From positions 1,152,001 to 1,216,000 of the forward strand of contig OY820591.1 in NCBI GenBank assembly GCA_963555985.3: 64,000 nt of DNA, written 5' to 3'. The notes under the pieces are model-generated. The model worked only from the letters and a program-made list of their open reading frames with translations, made no database searches and was not told the DNA's origin. The DNA is from Dehalococcoidia bacterium (lineage in GTDB: Bacteria > Chloroflexota > Dehalococcoidia > Bin125). The position numbers and the translations under genes were made by a program. This document shows, piece after piece, positions 46,515-55,077 of the stretch (position 1 is the first letter of the stretch; each line of letters starts with the position of its first letter).

Positions 46515-46652
46515 GTTCCCGCTTCACGCGGGAACCCGCCCCCTTCCACTCTCCCCCGCAGGAGGAGACATCGCAAACCCCCTCCCCCCTCTGCGGGGGG
46601 AGAATGTCACGTAGAGCCTGCCCCCGCGAAGGCGGGGGACAGAGGGGGGGCT
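46515..46652. repeat. Cluster of family A, TIR-like, family B and nested module C repeats
   Basis: GTTCCCGCTTCACGCGGGAAC; GAGACATCGCAAAC; CCCCTCCCCCCTCTGCGGGGGGAG..GTAG-AGCCTGCCCCCGCGAAGGCGGGG-GACAGAGGGGGGG. Confidence 0.8.
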
Positions 46653-47202
46653 ACGCCCCAAAGACAGCCGCCAAGGGACAGCGAAACCCAGGCAACACAT
46701 CCAACCCGTCCAACTCCCCGTCCCCGCCAATCACCTCAACCGCTTGACCGCCATAGTGCACCTCCACGCTGCGCCGGTCGGGATACACGACCCAGACCAG
46801 CCGCACGCCAAAGCTCAGCCACATCCGCGCCTTGTCATAGACCTCACGCGCGCCTCGGTTGAATCCCTGCACTTCCACCACCAGATCAGGGACAACCTCG
46901 GCATACCCCGTGATCCGCCGATCAAGCGGGAGCTTGTCCAACGACGTGTAGGCGATCGGCGCTTCCCGCACGGTGTCGGGCCCGCGTTCCAACAGATACC
47001 CCGATCCGATCGTCCCGCGCCCCAGCTGATGTTGATGCAAGAAGTTGCTGATCTGAAACCCCAGGCTGGCGATAATCGCCCCGCTCTCGAACCCACCCGG
47101 CTGACGCTCGCACAACACCCCTCGAACCAGTTCGCCGCGAACACCCTCGCTGTGCAAGCGCAACAGATCGTCGGCGGTCAGCAACTGAGGCTGGATCGTC
47201 AT
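46651..47202 (-). CDS. Uma2 family endonuclease-fold protein (motifs partly degenerate)
   Basis: RGELVRG, PDLVVEV, K.RMWL..GVRLVWVV.P, DVLPGF; the usual PDVAF reads APIAY; ATGA overlap with the upstream gene. Confidence 0.85.
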   Translation of the reverse strand: MTIQPQLLTADDLLRLHSEGVRGELVRGVLCERQPGGFESGAIIASLGFQISNFLHQHQLGRGTIGSGYLLERGPDTVREAPIAYTSLDKLPLDRRITGYAEVVPDLVVEVQGFNRGAREVYDKARMWLSFGVRLVWVVYPDRRSVEVHYGGQAVEVIGGDGELDGLDVLPGFRCPLAAVFGA

Positions 47203-48284
47203 TGCGCCGCCTTTCTCCGATTGTCTTTCTTGCAGAGCATCTGGCAGTTCTCTTCCACCGTCTTGCCACCTTCCGACCAGGGAGTGATGTGGTCCGCCTC
47301 CATCCCTCGAATGTCGAACGACTCTTTGCAGATCGGGCATATCCCATCTTGCTTCTCATAAACCTTCTGCTTCATCGACGGCGAGAATGCTCGGATGTTC
47401 AGATGCTTCTCGTCACGAGTCAGCACATACGGATAGATGCCGGACTTCCTCTGGACATCATCGTCCGCCACGAGGCGAGCCACTTCGCGCTCAATCGCCT
47501 CTGGATCGTACGGCGCGTTCTTGTATTCGTCGTACAGCTGACCCCACTCGACGCCTTTCGTGAACTTCGGACGCCGCTTGGTAAAACGCGACTCCACCCA
47601 CTCAATCACTGATTGGAAATGATCCCACAGGGGTTCCGCCTTGAGTTCGTGCTGATGCGTCGCCATATAATCGGTGATGTTGCCCCGACTCGCCCAGTGA
47701 ATAGCCGTTTCAAGGTACTCCTGCCGGTTCACAGCGCCTTGGACGTAATGCTGACCAATCTGGTAGGCGGCGCATCCGTTCCGGCTGAAGTACCTCTTGG
47801 CATCGGACAGCCATGAGCCCGCATAGACTGCGTTGCGAAGTTCCTGATTCGTCAGCTTCACTCCGGCGATATTGACGGTCTCGAACCAATCCAGCTTCTC
47901 GCTGTCAGCGCCGCTGCAAACATAAACCATCAGTTCGTAATCGAGGAACTGAGCTTTCCTGTCTGACGGCAGATTGTGGAAGTACAACTCCTGGTGGGAG
48001 AAATCACCAACGACGTACTGAGCGACAGAGATCGTCCGTTGCTGGCCATCGATGATCTCATACGTGTCGTCGTCTCGGGCGGCCCAATACATCACATTGA
48101 GCGGAAATCCCTTGATGACCGTATCGATCACCGCGTCCCGCTGTTTGGCCTTGTAGACGAATTCGCGCTGATATGGAGGGCGGATATCCAACTTGCCCCC
48201 GAACCCTGTGACGCCGCCCTCGCCGTCGTCGGAGTAGCCCTCGACCAGATCACGGATCGTCAACTCCTTCAGCTGGATGTCCAT
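47199..48284 (-). CDS. DUF262 (GmrS/ParB-like) plus C-terminal HNH endonuclease
   Basis: RPPYQREFVY, IIDGQQR, FETVN.AG..L, CPIC..ADHITPWS.GG.T..NCQMLC..DN. Confidence 0.9.
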   Translation of the reverse strand: MDIQLKELTIRDLVEGYSDDGEGGVTGFGGKLDIRPPYQREFVYKAKQRDAVIDTVIKGFPLNVMYWAARDDDTYEIIDGQQRTISVAQYVVGDFSHQELYFHNLPSDRKAQFLDYELMVYVCSGADSEKLDWFETVNIAGVKLTNQELRNAVYAGSWLSDAKRYFSRNGCAAYQIGQHYVQGAVNRQEYLETAIHWASRGNITDYMATHQHELKAEPLWDHFQSVIEWVESRFTKRRPKFTKGVEWGQLYDEYKNAPYDPEAIEREVARLVADDDVQRKSGIYPYVLTRDEKHLNIRAFSPSMKQKVYEKQDGICPICKESFDIRGMEADHITPWSEGGKTVEENCQMLCKKDNRRKAAQ

Positions 48285-48286
48285 TG

Positions 48287-49285
48287 CTACGCACCTTGTC
48301 GCTGGATGACGATTCGGAAATACGGCTCTTTTCCATTGACCCGCAAGTCTCTATCATCATCTCCCTTGCGGAACTTGACGATGCGGAACTGCTCTGGATT
48401 GTGTTTATCCAGGAACGTGATCGGCACTCCCATTGCGCCGCCGTAGTCACGCGGGATGTTCGCCACGCGGTTCACGTCGATCGCGTCGTAGTTGTCATAG
48501 GTCGGGTAATCCTCGGGCGCGTACTTCTTCACGAGGATCAGTTCCTCGTGCCGCTTGCGGTGGTCGAGGTTGGTGAACCAGTTGATGCTGCCCATGCTGA
48601 AATACTTGAGGCCGTCGACGATCCTCTTGCGGGATTCCGTCTTGATGTCGTAGTCCATTGGGACGCGAAACCACTTTTCCCCCCCATTGTTGTTACCCAG
48701 CCACATCCGCCCGTCCTTGAGCAGCGGAAAGATCTCCTTGTAGGTGATCGCGTTCTGTTGGCCCAGAATGAGGAACTGCTTGCTGTGTTCCATGAGCTGT
48801 GCCACATACTCGCGGAACAGCGAGAACGGAGGGTTCGTCACCACGACATCCGCCTCCTCAAGCAGAGCGACGCACTCCGCGCTGCGGAAATCACCGTCAC
48901 CCTCGAGCTGCGTCACGGCGCTGGGGTCGCTCTCCAGAAGGCGGCGAACGTCGCTGAGTCCGGTAGCGCCGTCCCCGTCGAGGTCGTCCACACGGGTAAT
49001 CTCAGTCTTGTAGGCGGGTGCCAGGCGCAACGCTAGTTGCTCACCGGCGATAGATGAGCCCGCATAGCTGGTTGCGGCGAGCTTCTTGAGGCCCAAGGCG
49101 TTGAAGTTCGAGGCGAAATACTTGAAGAAGCTGCTCTCGAAGGGATCATCGCAGTTCAGGTACACGACCTTGCCGCGGAAATGCGCTCTGTAATGGCGCA
49201 ATTCGTTCTCGATGTCGGCCAACTGGGTGTAGAACTCATCGTTCTTCTGGCGTTTGGCCTGGTGCAGAAAACGGTTGTTGCTCAC
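48287..49285 (-). CDS. M.EcoRI-family adenine-specific DNA methyltransferase
   Basis: AK..KNDEFYT, VYLNCDDP.ES.F, GDFRS.EC, VVTNPPFSLFREY, MGVPITFLDK. Confidence 0.9.
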   Translation of the reverse strand: MSNNRFLHQAKRQKNDEFYTQLADIENELRHYRAHFRGKVVYLNCDDPFESSFFKYFASNFNALGLKKLAATSYAGSSIAGEQLALRLAPAYKTEITRVDDLDGDGATGLSDVRRLLESDPSAVTQLEGDGDFRSAECVALLEEADVVVTNPPFSLFREYVAQLMEHSKQFLILGQQNAITYKEIFPLLKDGRMWLGNNNGGEKWFRVPMDYDIKTESRKRIVDGLKYFSMGSINWFTNLDHRKRHEELILVKKYAPEDYPTYDNYDAIDVNRVANIPRDYGGAMGVPITFLDKHNPEQFRIVKFRKGDDDRDLRVNGKEPYFRIVIQRQGA

Positions 49286-49376
49286 TTACGGCCTCCAGAC
49301 CCTGGCTGTGCAAGCGAGTCCGCGCCGGACCCCCGAAGGAGCCCGGCGCAGCGATTGGTCATCCAACGGCTCAGAC

Positions 49377-50558
49377 CTACACCTCGAAGTTGTAGACCTT
49401 CGCCGCGTTCCGCTGCAACACGTTCAGCAGATCCTCCTCGGGCAGCACGCTCAGCACCTCTTCCACGTGCTGCTTCGGATTCCGCGCCACGCTGTTCGGA
49501 CCCGGCGACATCGAGGTCGGGTGCGGGAAGTCGGTCTCGAACATGAAGTTCTCGGAGCCGAGATTCTCGATCGCCTTCACGACCGAGTCCTCCTCGAACC
49601 AGAAGCAGCCGTAGCACTGGCGCTTGAAGTACTCCGAGGGCAGCAGGTCCATCTCCGGGTGCTCCTCGCGGCAGCCCGAATTCAGCCACTGCCAGTCCAT
49701 CGCCTCCAGCAGGTACGGAATCCAGCCCACGCCCGACTCGACCGAGACGAACTTCAGCTCCGGGAAGCGGTGGCACATCCCCGACAGGATGATGTCGAGA
49801 ATCGCGTTCGAGTTGTCCAGGAACAGCTTCACCGTCGACTTCGCGTAAGCCGCCTGCCGGCCGTTGTCCACCGTCACGTTGCGCAGCTCGGTCAGGTCGC
49901 CGGAGCCGATGTGGAAGTTGATCGACAGGCCCATCTCCTGCGCCTGGTGCCAGATCGGGTCCCAGTGCTGCTCGGTGATCCGAGGCAGCCCAAACGTGTG
50001 CGGCTGATTCGTCATCAGCACGCCCTTGTGCCCGCGGTCATACGCCCGCTGCATCTCGTCCACGCAGGCCTGCACATCCCAGAACGGCATCGCCATGATC
50101 GGAATGAAGCGCTTGGGCTCCACCGACGTCCACTCCACCAGGAAGTCGTTGTACGCCCGCACGCAGTCGAGCCGCAGCTCGTCGTCCGTCAGCTGCAAGA
50201 AGTTGCCCGAACCGAAGCCGCCCACGTTCGGATAGACGACCTGCGCGTACATCCCGTACTCGTCCATCCGCTCCAGGCGCTCGTGGATCTCCCAAGAGCC
50301 GTGATCCGCCTCCTTCAGCGACGGCGGATGATTCGGCGGCGGCGACTTCCAGCCCGCCATCGCCGCCCCCGCCGTGGGCATGAACTTCTTCCCGCCCATC
50401 ACCCAGCGGTCTTCGTTGATCTCCGGGTCGAAGATCACGTGAGGCACCAGATCGCCCCACTTCCTCGTCGAAATCCGGTCGGTCCAAAGCGTCTCCGGCT
50501 CCGACACATGCGTATCGGAATCGATCACCTTGATCCGGTCGCAGATCAGCTCAGCCAT
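49377..50558 (-). CDS. Amidohydrolase_2 family protein
   Basis: IDSDTHV, RAYND, FHIG, VESGVGW, FETDFPH. Confidence 0.9.
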   Translation of the reverse strand: MAELICDRIKVIDSDTHVSEPETLWTDRISTRKWGDLVPHVIFDPEINEDRWVMGGKKFMPTAGAAMAGWKSPPPNHPPSLKEADHGSWEIHERLERMDEYGMYAQVVYPNVGGFGSGNFLQLTDDELRLDCVRAYNDFLVEWTSVEPKRFIPIMAMPFWDVQACVDEMQRAYDRGHKGVLMTNQPHTFGLPRITEQHWDPIWHQAQEMGLSINFHIGSGDLTELRNVTVDNGRQAAYAKSTVKLFLDNSNAILDIILSGMCHRFPELKFVSVESGVGWIPYLLEAMDWQWLNSGCREEHPEMDLLPSEYFKRQCYGCFWFEEDSVVKAIENLGSENFMFETDFPHPTSMSPGPNSVARNPKQHVEEVLSVLPEEDLLNVLQRNAAKVYNFEV

Positions 50559-50746
50559 GCTCCAGTCCTTTCCGATGAGCGACAGTGATTGGGCACAGGC
50601 TAGCAGGTTCGCTGCGCTGAGACATTTGGCGACGAGGAGCGGCCGGCGTCGCCGGGAGACAGAGAATTCCCTTGCCCAAAGGCCGAGCTGACCCTACATT
50701 GCCGCCTGGCGCAGCAAGCAAGCACCTTCCTGAACGGGTCTAGGCC

Positions 50747-53700
50747 ATGAGACAACGGATCGGACGCAGACAGCACCCCCACCGAGCGAGCGCGTCGGGT
50801 CTCCGCGGCGTCTTGCTGCGGATGCTCGTCGCCCTCGGCCTTGTCGCGGTGGGTGTAGCGGCGGCACTGGCGTTGGGCATGGACTTGACACACGCCGAGC
50901 GCCCTTGTTTCCTTAGCGTGAATGGGGTGACCACGCAGATTACCCAAGATTCGCACGAATATGGCCTGAATGGGGCACCATACTGGCGAATCACGATACC
51001 GGACTCGAGCATACACGCGGCCGCCCAAAATCGCCACTTAAACGTCCAGATAAGCATGAGAGTGGATCTCTCCGCCACTAATTCGTCGCTTCCAAGTGGC
51101 CCGTGTCTATCCGGACAGCAAGAAGCGGACGACTGGAAGGACAATGAAGCCGACTTTCGCGTGCGGGTCAATGTCAACGAATCGAACAACATAAGAGGCA
51201 TTTGGACCCATGATGAGCCCCAAGGACACGATGGAGCGAACGATGCGGAATTGCGACATAACAGTTTAATGCTGGCAAAGTGGGGTCACCGCGGTATTCG
51301 AAGCCGCGGGAACTACGGTTCAAGTGCCGGCCGTCCTGCGGAGCTTAAACAGAGTGCCAAAAGAGGCGAGACTCGAACGACATCCATTCCCTTGATGTTT
51401 CGCTTTCCAGTAACTCCGGACGAAACGAGTGGGAGCCCTTTCGTCGACGACAAAACGCGCCATAAGGACTGGTACGCCTTTGCGTTGGACTTGCAACAAA
51501 AGGATCGTAGATACAGGTTTCGCGGACGGGACGATCTCGCTAGCGATAAGTGGCGCGATTCTACGCACACGTTCGTCGTGATCGTGGTTGAACCCGGAAA
51601 GTACACGACAATTGGCGGAAAACACCGCACACACCTCCATGACATTACTCATGATACGGTTGATCTCGCTCTTGGTACCGCGAAAAATCTTGCGAAGCGC
51701 GAAACGTATCAGCAGACCTTCGAACTCTGGAAGGAGTTGAGTGCTTGGGCGGTAAACAAGTTGAAGGAGGTGGCTGGGAATTGGGTATGGAATAAACTGG
51801 GCCTGCCTGGGCAGTTGGATTTACATTGTGAGCCGAAAGCTAGCTATGATACGAGGGATGAGAATGAGGAGCGAGGGCCTTTGAATTTTAGTGACGATCT
51901 GTGGAGGAACACACTTGATGGGTGCCCGGAACAGGACAATGCTAATGTTATATTTGTGCTTGGCAATCCTAGTCGAATATGGGTTGATGTGTTTCCCTCC
52001 GGTCCCGATGTAGGGAGAGTAGAGCAACCTCACTCTCGTTTGTCGGGGGCGCTCAGCGACTATGAGAAGGGAGCGCTTCTTGGGCCCGGGCAGATAACAC
52101 GATGGTTGGGCAGCGTCGACGACGTCGAGATGGTCAATTTCCGAGCAGATCATTCTACGACTGAAGCTGCCGTGCTTACTTTGCTTTGGGAGCCGCTCAA
52201 AGACATTACGCAAATTGCTGTGGACATGGCCGTGCATGGCAGGCCTGTGACGGATCAGGTCGTGAGTAACATCACCACTCAAGCCTTATTCAGTCTGTTG
52301 GAGGAGGCCGAAGTCCGAGACGCACTTGATAGTTTTCGAGATGGTCAGTTCGATCTTGACCATGTTTGGCGCGTCATTGAGACAATAGTGGCGCCGGGAG
52401 TAATAGGTCCCATTGTAGGTGAGGCGATTGCGGAGTGGTTTGAGCAACCTGACGAAGTCGTGAGGCAAACAGAAAGCTCTGTTAGCGAGGTGCTGGACAA
52501 GGCAGAGATCACCGGTACGACTGGGAAGCTGTTTGTCAAGATCAAAGCGGCGGTAGCTGGATGGCAAGCTGGGGTCCGCACTGTACAGTGGATAGCATTG
52601 CGCCTTGATCGTGATGATGTGATGAAGGAGAATACGGTCAAGTTCACTAGGGAGCGTGAGCAGGTGACACTGACCCTGCACGCCATCGGCGAAGGCACGG
52701 TTACGCTAGATGGCCAAGAGTACGGCGGGCAGCACGTGCTTAAGGTCGACAAAGGCAGCCGGCAACGTCTAATGGCAATTCCTGAAAGTGGCCATCACTT
52801 TTCCGCCTGGATTGCTGGGAATACGGTCGAATTCAATCATGTGATTGATGTGCAGGTCGACACAGATACGACAGTAGTCGCCAACTTTTTTGAAGGCAAT
52901 AAACCGAGCGTGACGCTGAGGATTGAGGCCGGCAGAGGCGGAACAGTTGAACCAACCGCCGGAACCACACTGCGCGTTCCACGGAATAGCAGGCAGCCTG
53001 TCGTGGCCACACCGGAGGAAGGTTACTACTTCACTGGATGGGCCGGTTCACATGGCCTGAGCGATGCAGACAAGGTAGAGCCAGAGATATGGCTAGACAT
53101 GGATCGAGACCGGCGGGTGATCGCGCAATTCAAGCGCGGTAGCGTTCCTGGGTCTGGTGCCAGCAGTGGCGCGAAGCGGACCCTGCACATCGAGAAAACG
53201 CCCGCTGCGGGCGGCCGCGTAACACTGTCGCCGTATGCCGGAACAGGCAATGAGTATGCGCACGGAACAACCGTGACTGTCACCGCCAGACCGAGCACAG
53301 GCTATCGGTTTGTTCGGTGGGAGGGGGACCGCGAACTGACGCGCAGCTCCGTGAGCGTGCGGATGGACGGGGACAAAAGGCTGCGAGCGGTGTTTGAGTC
53401 GCTCCTAACCCAGCCCACTCTGACTGTGAGTGCCCAGCCCGCTGGCGGAGAAGCTGGCTGGATCGAGGTGTTGAACGGAACCGGATCGACGTCGGGCCAA
53501 CGGCTTTTCCAGCGTGGCGAGACGGCGAGAATCCGCGCTCATACCAATGCCGGTTGGCGCTTCACGGGTTGGTCAGGCGATGCCAGCGGGACCAGCGTGC
53601 AAGTGAACGTGACGATGAACGGGGACAAGCGGGTGATGGCGCATTGGCAGCGAGCGCAGGCTCAGCCAGGAACCTACACCCTGACGGTGAGCGCGAATCC

Positions 53701-54955
53701 GAGCGGGGGCGCGGCGGGCTATGTGGAGATTGTCGGCGGGAGCGGGAACACGCCTGGTCAGCGCGATTTCGCCTCTGGTCAATCGGCGCGGATCGTGGCG
53801 CACACCAACGCCGGTTGGCGCTTCACGGGCTGGTCGGGGGACGCGAGCGGAGGCAGTGTGCAGACGAACGTGACGATGAACGGGGACAAGCGGGTGACGG
53901 CGCATTGGGAACGTGTGCAGGCACAGCCCGGGACCTACACATTGACGGTGAGCGCGAATCCGAGCGGGGGCGCGGCGGGCTACGTGGAGATCGTGGGCGG
54001 TAGCGGGAGCATCCCCGGCCAACGTAACTTCAGTGCTGGTCAATCGGCGCGGATCGTGGCGCATACGAACGCGGGCTGGCGCTTCGCGGGCTGGTCGGGG
54101 GACGCGAGCGGAGGCGGCGCGCAGACGAATGTGACGATGAACGGGGACAAGGCGGTGACGGCGCATTGGGAGCGCGTGCAGCCGTCGACCTACACGCTGA
54201 CGGTGAGCGCGAATCCGAGCGGGGGCGCGGCGGGCTACGTGGAGATCGTGGGCGGCAGCGGGAGCATCCCTGGCCAACGTAACTTCAGTGCTGGTCAATC
54301 GGCGCGAATCGTGGCGCATACGAACGCGGGCTGGCGCTTCACGGGCTGGTCGGGGGACGCGAGCGGCGGCGGCGCGCAGACGAACGTGACGATGAATCGG
54401 GACAAGGCGGTGACGGCGCATTGGGAGCGCGTGCAGCCGTCGACCTACACATTGACGGTGAGCGCGAATCCGAACAACGGCAGCGGCGGCTATGTGGAGG
54501 TGCACAACGGGAGCGGCACAACGCCAGGCCAGCGGGTGTTCGACGCTGGCGAGTTTGCGAATCTGGAGGCGCGGCCGAATTCGGGCTGGCGGTTCGTGCG
54601 TTGGGAATTGGACGCAAGCGGGAGCAACACGCGCGCGAGTGTGTTGATGAATCGAGACAAGCGAGTACGCGCGGTGTTCGAGCAAGTGCACGCGTCAACA
54701 TACACACTAATGGTCGCGTCATCCCCCAGCAGCGCAGGGCAAGTGCTGATACACAACGGAAGTGGGAATATCCCTGGCCAACGAACGTTCAACACCGGCG
54801 ATGTTGCCCAGCTGGAAGCAGTGGCCTGGAGCGGATGGTGCTTCTGGCGTTGGACGACCTCTTGGAACTCATGGACTGGAACGCTCCCGAGCGTGAACTT
54901 GAACATAGGAGGTCCGGGCAGCGGTACGATGACAGCTCACTTCTATGGATGTTGA
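50747..54955 (+). CDS. Large exported protein: unknown N-terminal region plus about nine InlB-B-repeat-like beta domains
   Basis: Basic plus hydrophobic N-terminal signal; repeats YTLTV.A.P..G...GW.F.GWSGD...V.M.GDK.V.A. Confidence 0.8.
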   Translation: MRQRIGRRQHPHRASASGLRGVLLRMLVALGLVAVGVAAALALGMDLTHAERPCFLSVNGVTTQITQDSHEYGLNGAPYWRITIPDSSIHAAAQNRHLNVQISMRVDLSATNSSLPSGPCLSGQQEADDWKDNEADFRVRVNVNESNNIRGIWTHDEPQGHDGANDAELRHNSLMLAKWGHRGIRSRGNYGSSAGRPAELKQSAKRGETRTTSIPLMFRFPVTPDETSGSPFVDDKTRHKDWYAFALDLQQKDRRYRFRGRDDLASDKWRDSTHTFVVIVVEPGKYTTIGGKHRTHLHDITHDTVDLALGTAKNLAKRETYQQTFELWKELSAWAVNKLKEVAGNWVWNKLGLPGQLDLHCEPKASYDTRDENEERGPLNFSDDLWRNTLDGCPEQDNANVIFVLGNPSRIWVDVFPSGPDVGRVEQPHSRLSGALSDYEKGALLGPGQITRWLGSVDDVEMVNFRADHSTTEAAVLTLLWEPLKDITQIAVDMAVHGRPVTDQVVSNITTQALFSLLEEAEVRDALDSFRDGQFDLDHVWRVIETIVAPGVIGPIVGEAIAEWFEQPDEVVRQTESSVSEVLDKAEITGTTGKLFVKIKAAVAGWQAGVRTVQWIALRLDRDDVMKENTVKFTREREQVTLTLHAIGEGTVTLDGQEYGGQHVLKVDKGSRQRLMAIPESGHHFSAWIAGNTVEFNHVIDVQVDTDTTVVANFFEGNKPSVTLRIEAGRGGTVEPTAGTTLRVPRNSRQPVVATPEEGYYFTGWAGSHGLSDADKVEPEIWLDMDRDRRVIAQFKRGSVPGSGASSGAKRTLHIEKTPAAGGRVTLSPYAGTGNEYAHGTTVTVTARPSTGYRFVRWEGDRELTRSSVSVRMDGDKRLRAVFESLLTQPTLTVSAQPAGGEAGWIEVLNGTGSTSGQRLFQRGETARIRAHTNAGWRFTGWSGDASGTSVQVNVTMNGDKRVMAHWQRAQAQPGTYTLTVSANPSGGAAGYVEIVGGSGNTPGQRDFASGQSARIVAHTNAGWRFTGWSGDASGGSVQTNVTMNGDKRVTAHWERVQAQPGTYTLTVSANPSGGAAGYVEIVGGSGSIPGQRNFSAGQSARIVAHTNAGWRFAGWSGDASGGGAQTNVTMNGDKAVTAHWERVQPSTYTLTVSANPSGGAAGYVEIVGGSGSIPGQRNFSAGQSARIVAHTNAGWRFTGWSGDASGGGAQTNVTMNRDKAVTAHWERVQPSTYTLTVSANPNNGSGGYVEVHNGSGTTPGQRVFDAGEFANLEARPNSGWRFVRWELDASGSNTRASVLMNRDKRVRAVFEQVHASTYTLMVASSPSSAGQVLIHNGSGNIPGQRTFNTGDVAQLEAVAWSGWCFWRWTTSWNSWTGTLPSVNLNIGGPGSGTMTAHFYGC
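53672..54950 (+). repeat. Coding tandem repeats of 255-261 bp
   Basis: Units start at 53672, 53933, 54188, 54443 and 54698; units 2 and 3 are near-identical. Confidence 0.9.
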
Positions 54956-55077
54956 GTTGGCTTCTCTGGTCTGGCTCATCGAAGCGAGGGGCGCAGCGAA
55001 AGCAGGCTGTGTACAGAGCGCGGCATCTGCCGAGACGATAGGCTGAGAATCTGTTCGCCCCCACGAAATAACTGGCC

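Noticed and set aside
48287-49285. Assigning GAATTC specificity to the MTase
   Set aside because: Family membership does not fix the target, and no EcoRI-like endonuclease is adjacent; methylome data are needed.
53672-54950. Tandem repeats as a CRISPR array
   Set aside because: Units are 255-261 bp, in-frame protein domains with no unique spacers; no cas genes in the window.
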